Below are positions 22,086 to 31,151 of a stretch of DNA of 64,000 nt, piece by piece. The translations under genes and the position numbers were made by a program. The notes under the pieces were generated by a model that did no database searches, was not told where the DNA came from, and saw nothing but the letters and a program-made list of their open reading frames with translations. The number at the start of each line of letters is the position of its first letter. The stretch's first letter is position 1. Origin of the DNA: Fistulifera solaris (taxonomy: Eukaryota); contig AP026134.1 in the NCBI GenBank assembly GCA_030295235.1, forward strand, positions 558,001-622,000, in the 5' to 3' direction.

Positions 22086-22784
22086 TTACGAGCTTTTGGA
22101 TTTCTTCAACTTCGTGAGCAGTCGTCCTACCGCGCTGAATAATCGTAAACGCTTCGATGGCTTGTAGGGTTGACATTCCGGAAAGGGCAGAGCTTTACCG
22201 ACACCATAAAAGTAGGCGAACGCACCTCCTAGGCCGCCGGTATTCCCAATGCGGCGATCGACCGTGTAAAAGCCAAACTCTTTGATTTTTCCGTCTTCCG
22301 AAAAGTCCAAATGAAGCACTTGCGGAGGCAAAATCAACTTTTTCCCGGTGGGCTGAGCTCCCATAAAGGGAGCTTTGTGAACGGATTCAACGCGACTAAA
22401 GAACCACACCCGATTGGTTTGAAGAGGATCGACGAGAAATCCAAAGAACTGGTTGTTAATGTCAAAGGAGTCGGTCAACTTGAAACCCGCCAAGGAGTCT
22501 AAAAATTCCGTTTTCCCGATCGGTCCGATGACCGGGGCACAAAATTCAAAATCATCGGCCAAACATTCTCCATTGTCGACCGTACCGATGGCCGTATCTG
22601 GTCCCAAGACTTCCTTGGCCTTTTGAATCAAATCAGCCGGAGCAATGGGAAATTTGGATTGAGCGAGAAGGGCGGCTTCGTCCAGGGTCGCTACTGGCGT
22701 GGGCTTCACATTGATGGACGAGAAGGCTAACACGACAGATGGAAGAAGAGGAAGGATTGTCAAGGAGACTTTCATAATGTACAA
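22086..22784 (-). CDS. Uncharacterised plastid-targeted protein, possibly NTF2/SnoaL-like
   Basis: Signal peptide ending VLA-FS. LADDFEF..P..GP.GK and F.EDGKI patterns resemble SnoaL-like proteins; VDRRIGNTGGLGG looks like a conserved motif. Confidence 0.75.
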   Translation of the reverse strand: MYIMKVSLTILPLLPSVVLAFSSINVKPTPVATLDEAALLAQSKFPIAPADLIQKAKEVLGPDTAIGTVDNGECLADDFEFCAPVIGPIGKTEFLDSLAGFKLTDSFDINNQFFGFLVDPLQTNRVWFFSRVESVHKAPFMGAQPTGKKLILPPQVLHLDFSEDGKIKEFGFYTVDRRIGNTGGLGGAFAYFYGVGKALPFPECQPYKPSKRLRLFSAVGRLLTKLKKSKSS

Positions 22785-23376
22785 CCTTGTGGAATGGCGT
22801 CTTTGAAGTCTTTATTACTAGTAAATTAAGTGATGCTTCGTAGGCAATTATTGCTCACGCGAAACGCACAAGTGGAAATAAATGATGAGCGAGAAGGAAA
22901 AGGCAAACAGTAACCTTTACAGTACCATGAATTTCGAGTGACGTTGAGGATGGACGGATGACGTGTCTCTCACTAACCAAGTACTGGTGAAAGGAAAGGA
23001 CATTAGCTAGGATATGAATCTAAGAAACGACCTTGAACTAACTCGTAACTCAGATCTAAGTTTAGTCGCTTCGTCAAGACTCTTAACCTCGAGATTTGAC
23101 ATGTTTTTGAGGTACAACTGTTTTAATCCTTTTTCGAAATCAGGAAAGATTGCTTTAGATTAGGGAACCATGAGTGACACAACAACAATTTCAATCAGGG
23201 TAGTTATTTCGCGACCTTATCCTAAAGTGTGTTTCTACCCTTTGCGGTTCGACATAAAAGAACTTGTCATCGCTATCTTGTTGGTATTAGTCTACGTAAG
23301 GAAAAGTGAAAGCCAAACATTCGATTTCACCGCGATTCTTCAAAAGACGCTAGACCCCAAATCAAAACCAAACACG

Positions 23377-25441
23377 TTAGCTTAGTGATTGTAAGAATGA
23401 ACAACCGTTCATAACTTTTGTAGTGAGGCACACGATATGATAGGGAAAGCTTGGTCGTTTCGATAAAAATCGAAGGGCGGCCAATTCTGTAAATGTCACG
23501 CCACCAACGTAAGTCACAATCAAGACTGGCTTCTTTCCCTTCACTCCGTCTGCGACTTCGACTTCCGCTAGTGCTCCCAATGTCTTGTTTGGAGGGGTTT
23601 TCAATGCGGAAGCTAAGTCTTGAGGGGGGCTATGTTGTTCCACATCGACGATTCTTCCAGGAATTTCACGTAGAATCTCATCTCGTCCATTCCATCCTTT
23701 CATTGCTGTCTGGATAAGACGTACGCTTATTGGTGCGTACCCACTGGACACATAGGACACGTCATCGGGTTCTACCGTATCTACCTCTGCATTGATCAGA
23801 ATCAACGACTTGCGTAAATTGTTGAAAGGGGAAGTAGTGTCAATCCACAGACCGTCCCGCCGGCGAAGTAAACCAGCCTTTTCTAGATTCCCTAAAATAA
23901 ACAAATATTCATATCCGTACGTCTGGATGACATCGCGGCGTAAGCTGTCGTAACGCGAGGACTTGATACCTCCCGCGCATAGTGATTGCAAGCATAAAAG
24001 TCGAAAAAAGCGATAGGGTGGAAATTGACAGGCGACCAAATCGTCCAGCATATCGTAGCAAGTATCACCTTCTAAAATAGAACGCTCCATTTGCCACCTT
24101 TCTCGAGAATGTCGTCTCTTCGCTTGTATGTTTGACAAGCTCCGCGAGATGTATATGATTCGTCAGCGATCTCAGATTTTGCGTAAAGACCGGAATATTT
24201 TTGACAAATTGATGGATTTCGGCCAAGTCTTTCTTCTTGTCCTTGCTGGTAAAGTTGGCATGGGACTCTCGAAGAGCTTTGGCCTGATTTTGAAGGAATG
24301 ATCCGAACTTCTCAACATGCTGGTCGCGGACTTCGGCATAGAGAGTGTCTGATCCGTTGACGCCCAGTGAAACAAGTTCTTTCTTCTTTTCCTTCACTTG
24401 ATCTTGCTTAAGTGCATCAGTATTGTCGTTTTCATCAGGGTTGATTGTACTGACATCGAGTGTAATGAATCCACAATCGATTCCTACAACATCATCAAGA
24501 AGTCCTTCATACGTCAATGGAGATATCATGGGCGTCACCAAATCCACCTTGCGATCGATGATGATCAGCGCTGTGACGTCGCCTCCGCTAATCACTTGTC
24601 CCGATTGCTCCTCGGGGCGATCTCTGTCGGCCAAGTACTCGTCTACAGTCAAACTGAATAGCTTTCGCGCCACTTCCTCGCCAAGTGGTCCATATGCTTG
24701 AATGCGAGGTATTTTGCCACATACATCTTGCAATTTGAGCAAGCTCCGAGCTACCGTTGATATGAGAGAACTTGGCGTACTTTCGACTGCGCATTCCCGA
24801 AATGCTTCATTGTATTCTATCGACAAGACGTCTGTTTCTAGAGGGTATATATCCATTTGCAAGCGATGAATCGAGACATTTGGGGCAGAGGTAAGCCCTA
24901 AATCTTTCATCATTTTGTGAATAATGGCCGAGGGCTGAGGAAGAAATATCAGTCGGTGGTGAATTCGAAACGACTTCTTTAAGTTTCGAATATATTTGGC
25001 GACAAGATGCATTTGTGAAAGATCCGCTGGTGATAGAAAGTATGTGATAACATCAACATTGCCCTCCGTCTCGTCTCCGCCGTGTTCTTGGTTCAGAATT
25101 TGGGTGCCTACAATAGTAATTGATGCTGGTAGAGGGAAAAACAAATGAGAGTCCCAGTTTTTCTTCTTTCCCTGAAACGTTCGCGCATGTGGGTCGGAAA
25201 GAACCTGCCGTAAAAGCAACGTCCGCAAGCTTTCTGTTCCAAACACTAAAAGTTGTCGAAAAGAAGATGAAGCAAGCCCCGCTGAAGGATCTGATTGCAG
25301 CAGTGTCAAGAGTTGCTCTTTGTTGTCGAGACGAAGTGCTACGGATACTGCCGGCAGCGGATTAAGCGGCGTAGGCGGTGGCAGAATAATTTCAGATTCC
25401 TTGTCGGCAACAATTCCAGGATTATCCATGTTTGCTAACAT
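23377..25441 (-). CDS. VPS33: Sec1/Munc18-family vacuolar sorting protein VPS33
   Basis: PLETDVLSIE, LIIIDRKVDLVTPMISPLTYEGLLD, LYAEVRD, IQTYGYE, DVSYVSSGYAPISVRL, YVGGVTFTELAALRFL. Two ORFs are joined by a 1-nt shift near 24105. Confidence 0.93.
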
Positions 25442-25519
25442 TCTAGATCGGTTTGTTTGTTGGTTGTTGTTTGTTGTTTGCTACTGGAAGGTTTTCAATA
25501 AATACATCTAAGATGCCAG

Positions 25520-26360
25520 CAGGTATGCATTATGCACAACGAAAATCCGGCAGCGTGATGTTGCTCGCACGACCTCATCTTTGGTATCCGGGTTCCCCTC
25601 TGTCGATAAGTTTCCCTACGAAGGCTACGTGAAATACACGTTCCTGGTAGCCTTTTCAAGAGTAGACTTTTCAAGAGTGTTGCATCTTTTGTCATTTCTA
25701 CGTTATTTTGACTCCAATCGATGTCGATTGCTGTTTGCGGGTACAAATGAGTTGTAACGGCGAGGATAATGATGTTGTTGAGTGGCATTTTCACCCAAAA
25801 TAAGTGAAATGAAATTCTGAAATGTCCGGGTGGTCCTACGAGGGCTACGTGAAACGGACGTAGACATTCGAAGCGATCCGGCTTTGATGTTGTCTATGTT
25901 TTGAAATACATTCAAAGTCGAATATTGTTAAACAGCACAAGTTAAATATGTTGGGCAAAATTAGTTCGACATGGTGGCATGAGCTAGTAACGAAAATGGA
26001 TGGTGAAAAATCTGAACCATATCCGGATTCTCCTCTGTCGATAAATTTCCCTACGAGGCCTACGTGAAATACACGTAGACTTTTCAAGGGTAGCACTTTT
26101 TGTCATTTCTACATTATTTTGACTCCAATCGATGTCAATTGCAGTTTGATGGTACAAATGAGCTGTGGCGGCGAGGGTAATGATGTTGTTGAGTGGCATT
26201 CTTACCCCGATTAAGTGAGGTGAAACGTTGAAATGGTCTGATGCTACCTACATCGATGAAATTCCTACAAGGGCTACGTGAAACGCACGTACACATTCGA
26301 AGCGTTGCATCTTCCCTCTGTTTCCTATGTTATGTTCAATTCGATGTAAAGTATTGCTTA
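25520..26360. repeat. Degenerate tandem array with ~430-bp dimer and ~215-bp subunits, each carrying a CTACGTG-AAAYR-CACGTAG hairpin
   Basis: 25585-25875 aligns with 26020-26305. The core CTACGTGAAA occurs at 25625, 25845, 26060 and 26274. Confidence 0.85.
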
Positions 26361-26451
26361 TTGTTCCTAACGAGCTATGTTGATGATGGTTGAAGTGACA
26401 TTTGATGCAAAGAGAGCCCAACTGATTGCCTGGTCGAATTTTGCCAAAGAG

Positions 26452-26474
26452 TGACGTAAGCAGGCATTACGTCA
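26452..26474. promoter_or_regulatory. Inverted pair of bZIP/CRE-like sites
   Basis: TGACGTAA-gcaggca-TTACGTCA, about 140-160 bp upstream of ATG 26613. Confidence 0.4.
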
Positions 26475-26612
26475 GCATGGCGTCAGCCTCGCGAAGATTT
26501 CGATGTCGGTTTGTCATTCTGACACAGAACGGTGCAACCATTTTCCTCTTATACCTTCCGTCTTCCATTGTTGTAAAACTTACTTTCATTTCCGATTGTC
26601 GAACAACTCAAC

Positions 26613-27037
26613 ATGAAGGTTTCGAACGTAGTTTCTTCATCTCTCTTGCTAATTAGTGCGGCACAAGCCTTTACCGTTCCTTCGAATGGTTCTCTCCGAA
26701 CCGAAACGTCTTTGAATGGTCTTTTGACGGATTCAAAGGTATGGGAAGTGGAAAGGCGGACTTGGACGAGGAATGGAGAAGACAGCAAGCCTATTTGGCG
26801 AATCGCCAGAAATTACTGAAAGAAGGATATTTCGAAGGACAGATGGAAGCCAGAATGAACGCCAGAAAAGCCGCCATGGAGAAGTACAATGCTGGCGTCG
26901 TCGCGCCCTCACAGGCCACGAAGGAAGAGGAAGTCAGTCAGCCTGTAAAGAAGCGTGCCTCTGTTGACGAAGAGGTCTTTGTGGACGAAAGTGCCGACTT
27001 CATGGGAGCCTTGAAAAGCTTCTTCAAGAAGGACTAA
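26613..27037 (+). CDS. Small uncharacterised plastid-targeted protein
   Basis: Classic bipartite presequence (SAAQA-FTVP...TSLN). Adding one T at ~26722-26725 gives GLFDGFKGMGSG and joins ORF 26741..27037. Confidence 0.75.
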
Positions 27038-27381
27038 GCAGTATACAGCGAGTGTACTGGAACAAGCCGGGTCGGCTGTTGCGAGAGTTTCCTTTATTTC
27101 CAAACATATATCCTCATGTACGATTATATCTAATGCGAGGTTTTATAGAGCTCAATGACTTTTTATGTTAACGAATCTCCACATTGTTGATGCAAGAGAA
27201 CTGGAAGCGCTACTAAAACCAATCAAACGAAATCGGAATCGAAGGATTGTGCATTGCAGATTTCGATACAACATGTTAGATCTACTGGTATTATGATGCC
27301 CCATCAAAGATGTCTATGAAGATTAGGTTTTTCCGTGAAAATAATGGCATACCCATGGTAAAGTCGAATAAACATAGATGT

Positions 27382-27630
27382 TTCGTGACTTGAATGCATT
27401 CGTGAAAAAAGGTCGCCTACACGTTGGGCTTATAGTCGAACTTAAAAGCAAAGTTCCGCAAGACTTTCCGACGTAATCATCGTTGAAGAGTTCACGGCAA
27501 ATTGCTGCATTATTTAGCAGCATAATGTCAAAGCAATGTCAGTTGAATGAAATGATCAGGGAGGACGCATATAGTTAAGCAGTCTAGTTTAGCACCTTCA
27601 TGACTCGTGATTGAAATCTGGCCGTGGCAA
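27382..27630 (+). repeat. Degenerate copy of a dispersed ~235-bp hairpin-bounded element
   Basis: TTCGTGACTTGAATGCATTCGTG followed by aaaaaaggtcgcctacacgttg matches 34237-34281. A second degenerate end lies at 27597. Confidence 0.65.
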
Positions 27631-27931
27631 GAAACAGACAACACTTTAAGCTAGAGTAAATTTTCAAGCGCATTACCTGGTATGATCCGGGACGACTTTT
27701 CTTGGTTTAGCTCACACAATAACGTTTTGCATCGTTTTGTATTAGAACAGAAAGGTGCAGAAATTTCTGTGACCCCCTTTGGCTGTGTGTTAACAAACGC
27801 TCGCTCTTCTAAGCTCTTGTTTGTCACAAAACGGTCCGTAATGGATTCATGGCGGCTTCGAGGCGCGATGTGAAAATAATTGTGTCATGTCGCGACGACA
27901 GCGATTTCTTTCCAAAATGTACACTTAGAGG

Positions 27932-29230
27932 ATGTATTCAGCGACATCTGATCTGCCTTTGTCGACCATGGTGCTCCGCTCCACGCATACCACCACTCCC
28001 TGCGAACCTGCGCTAGCACGACATTGGCAAATGGCCGTCGACAATCCGTCGTGTATCACGCACGAAATTCTGTGCACTATGCTTCGACATCACCCTCCTT
28101 TACACGTCGTTCAAAGTTTGTTGTCATTGAACCGGACGCTGGCTGTTTGTCCGCCTAACGAAATGACTCCCGCGCTTCACGTCGGGCTGCAAAGCAATTG
28201 TGAACTGGCTATTATCGCTTGTTTAATAGACGCTTGGCCAGAAGCTTTGCTGCGAAAGGCCCCTTGTGGGCGCAATCAAGTTCGCATGGACCCATTGATG
28301 TATGCAAAACTATACCGACGCCAAGATTCCCGCCTTATCGAGCTCTTGAGTACCAACAACGGGTCGGGGTGCAAGAGGAGCGCCACCATAACTTCTAATG
28401 AGTTGTGTCAGCCTCGGTATTCGACGCTCACCAACGACTCATCTGAAGCTACAAAGATAGACACCGAAAAATCCATCTCTCCGAAAGTGCACTTTGTAAA
28501 TCATGCTTCGAGTTCTGCCATCCCTACGCTGGCTGTCAGGCGATTCACATCCTGCTCTTGTGACGACGGCAATAATGCCGGTGAAACGCCGGGTGGTGGG
28601 AACGATGAGGAAAGTCGGCTTGGTGAGAAGCCGATTTATTCACCCCTTATTGAACCAACGTATACCGGCGACAGGATGGACCAAATCAATTATCAACAGA
28701 TTCATGTTGCGATGTCCTACGAACAAGAAATGGCTGAATTGCAAGCTACATGTAGGTGCGTCTTGAGAGATCATCAGCGTCTTGTAGAGCAAGTGGAAAC
28801 TTACCAAACTCAAAATGAAGAAGGAAATGAGACGTGGCGCTCAGAGCTATTGTCGACCATCGCAATACAAGTAAATAGGCAACTCTTCCAGCAGTCGAAG
28901 GCACTGGAAAAGATCGCGGAATGTTTTGAGCATGACCTCTTCAGTTCTCTTAAGGATGCACGTGTGCAACTGGAACGTATGAACAGCAGGATGTCGCAAA
29001 CGGAGTTGATGATGTTTTACATGCAGCAGCACATGGAGGAGAGATTTCGTGGTTATCACATACATGCCCGAAAACGCTCAAAGAAGCCTAACGTGCAAGT
29101 AGATACTGCCGACGATTCTCGTTCATTACTTCGTGAAGACGAATACCCTGATCTTTCAAAAAAGCCTTATCAGCTGGGACACAAGCGTCGGTTTGTAAAA
29201 AAGGTTTGGTTTCTGCTATGCCGGGCATAG
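27932..29230 (+). CDS. Hypothetical protein with ankyrin-like N-terminal helices and a C-terminal coiled coil
   Basis: 432-aa ORF. TPALHVGL...IIACLIDAWPEAL...PLMYA pattern and a heptad-rich second half. Confidence 0.7.
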   Translation: MYSATSDLPLSTMVLRSTHTTTPCEPALARHWQMAVDNPSCITHEILCTMLRHHPPLHVVQSLLSLNRTLAVCPPNEMTPALHVGLQSNCELAIIACLIDAWPEALLRKAPCGRNQVRMDPLMYAKLYRRQDSRLIELLSTNNGSGCKRSATITSNELCQPRYSTLTNDSSEATKIDTEKSISPKVHFVNHASSSAIPTLAVRRFTSCSCDDGNNAGETPGGGNDEESRLGEKPIYSPLIEPTYTGDRMDQINYQQIHVAMSYEQEMAELQATCRCVLRDHQRLVEQVETYQTQNEEGNETWRSELLSTIAIQVNRQLFQQSKALEKIAECFEHDLFSSLKDARVQLERMNSRMSQTELMMFYMQQHMEERFRGYHIHARKRSKKPNVQVDTADDSRSLLREDEYPDLSKKPYQLGHKRRFVKKVWFLLCRA

Positions 29231-29365
29231 TTGGACTCGATATACTAGCAGGCTTCACGTCCCCTTATGACCTTAAAAGTTCTCTTGTTAAAAATACTAC
29301 TCGAGGCAAGCGTAGCGTAATGAAGAAGTACATGTTAATGGTCATAAAAGAGTGAGAGCACTAGC

Positions 29366-30739
29366 TTATCTTCCATTGCCGGTATTGGCAAGCGGTCGAG
29401 TATGGATTTTCCCTGACGATGTTCTACCGACAAGCGCCACCTTCTCTTCCAGCGAAGGAGGTTGCGGGGCATTATGCAAATGGACCTTCATCTGCTTGAG
29501 GTTCTCCCATTCTACACGCAACAAGTTCCATATTGCTCTACGGAACACTTCCAAAAATTGCGTACAAAGAACGAATGAATCCTCGCTCGGAAACATGCTC
29601 TTCGAGAAGCGCAGCAGCCAACTGAATCGTAGCACGGCGTCCGCCACTAAAATCAATGCCGACATAGCAGCTCCAAACCGAAGCCTTTGTCGTAGTATGG
29701 CGCGCCCACAATTCGTTGCTTTCATTGGATTTTGCATCATTCCCCAGTCCATAACAATATCCCAATACAAAGCATAGAGAGCATTGATGACCAGTAGAGC
29801 TATCAGATAGCTTTCCAACTCTTGTTCTTTCTTTGGAGAAAGAGTTTTTGAGTATGCAGATAAGCAAAGAGGGAAAATACTTGTCGAATACTTGAGCGCG
29901 TTCCAGAGATGTTGGAATCGCTTGGGGTCTCCCTTCAAGTAGCCGACACGATACATTACAAAGCATTGCCGCGCCCGAATGACATAAGGTACCGCTGCTA
30001 ACGCTGAAGGAATCAGAATGTTTTGAGCAGAAGCTTTCATAGGACCAGGGTTGGAAGCCATGTGTAACAATATGCCCCAGTCAAAGAATACTTTACTCAG
30101 TGAGCACATGGCATCAGCAAAAAATACATCAACAAACGGAATGGGTCGCGGAGGGTATCTTGAATCGGGTGACACAAGACCGGAACATCGTGGGTTGAAT
30201 AGTTCGAACCCACGTTGTAAGACAATACCAGTAGCTCGCCGTAACCAGTGCAGTGACGGGAAAGGCAACGCAATGCTCACGGCGACCACCAAGTAGAACG
30301 AAAAAACCGCTCCGACGGGTCCGCCGTGCAAGCGATCAATCCAAATGAAATATGTGAAATGAAGTAACAAAATCCAAAGAATCGACAGCGATACTAATCG
30401 AGACCAGGTAATTGAAGAAGCAGATTCGTTTAGGCCCTCCATAATGAAATCTTCGTCACTCAAACCACCTCCCTCGTCCTCCCCTGAATATTCATTCATC
30501 CCCGAAAATGGTCGCATCTCGGTTACTTTCATTTCTTTCGCCGAAATTTCGTCACTGTCTAGATGCACCAAGTCGTGCTTTAAAACCTTGGCGTAATCAA
30601 TACCGAAGAGTCGAAAAAAGTAAATGTTCATACCCCAAAGACCAACGGACGCAATGAGCACCGTCGGACTTCTTAACATGGCGTGGGCGGGTCCTAGCCC
30701 CGGTCCAAAAACATCACCGGCTTCTTGCGTAGACGACAT
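29366..30739 (-). CDS. EXS-family membrane protein (ERD1/XPR1/PHO1-like, no SPX domain)
   Basis: FVDVFFADAMCSLSKVF, RARQC, HLWNALKYSTS, YWDIVMDWG, LRFSW, LEVFRRAIWNLLRVEWE. Confidence 0.92.
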   Translation of the reverse strand: MSSTQEAGDVFGPGLGPAHAMLRSPTVLIASVGLWGMNIYFFRLFGIDYAKVLKHDLVHLDSDEISAKEMKVTEMRPFSGMNEYSGEDEGGGLSDEDFIMEGLNESASSITWSRLVSLSILWILLLHFTYFIWIDRLHGGPVGAVFSFYLVVAVSIALPFPSLHWLRRATGIVLQRGFELFNPRCSGLVSPDSRYPPRPIPFVDVFFADAMCSLSKVFFDWGILLHMASNPGPMKASAQNILIPSALAAVPYVIRARQCFVMYRVGYLKGDPKRFQHLWNALKYSTSIFPLCLSAYSKTLSPKKEQELESYLIALLVINALYALYWDIVMDWGMMQNPMKATNCGRAILRQRLRFGAAMSALILVADAVLRFSWLLRFSKSMFPSEDSFVLCTQFLEVFRRAIWNLLRVEWENLKQMKVHLHNAPQPPSLEEKVALVGRTSSGKIHTRPLANTGNGR

Positions 30740-31151
30740 ATTGTATGCTTTTGTAAGGAAGGGAAGTACTCGACCAGGATGAAATAAATGACTTCCTTTT
30801 GTCGTTGGAAGACAACAAAGACGCGGAGACGTCCTTTAAAGCTGGTTCGTCATTTTCACCGTTTTTTCCGCCTTTGGTTATGGTATCTTTCCGGTTCTCT
30901 CAATTGATATCTATGAAACGCAATATAATTTTTGAAGTACTCCGTTATACAAGAACAGGCGCTCCTAGTTTGGTGTACCGGTGCGTCAAACATTATGAGT
31001 GAACCTTACCCCTCGTCGCCATTTGAGCCGCCATTCAATAAAAGCAGACGACACCGACGAAAGCGCATGAAGCTTTTTCTTTTGACAATAGCAAAGAAAT
31101 TTGTTATCATCTAGACTGTTTCCTTCAAGCTTATTAGCATTTAAAAGGGAA

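Noticed and set aside
23377..25441. Pseudogene or programmed-frameshift calls for VPS33 and the other split genes
   Set aside because: Motifs are intact on both sides of each shift and there is no shared slippery-site signature; sequencing error is more parsimonious.
25832..25866. Minimal hammerhead ribozyme (retrozyme) in the periodic repeats: GTC-CTACGA...GAAAC...GTA-GAC
   Set aside because: All four copies lack the essential G of CUGANGA and stem II is not convincing. Family 2 has GAAA...GTC but no CUGANGA. A cmsearch with hammerhead models would settle it.
25495..26199. Two similar short minus-strand ORFs (MPLNNII...IDIDWSQNNVEMTK)
   Set aside because: They are a by-product of the DNA repeat, diverge by indels after about 40 codons and show no recognisable domain.
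25615..26295. CRISPR array
   Set aside because: Spacers are ~185 bp and repeat each other, the repeats are degenerate, there are no cas genes, and the context is eukaryotic nuclear DNA.
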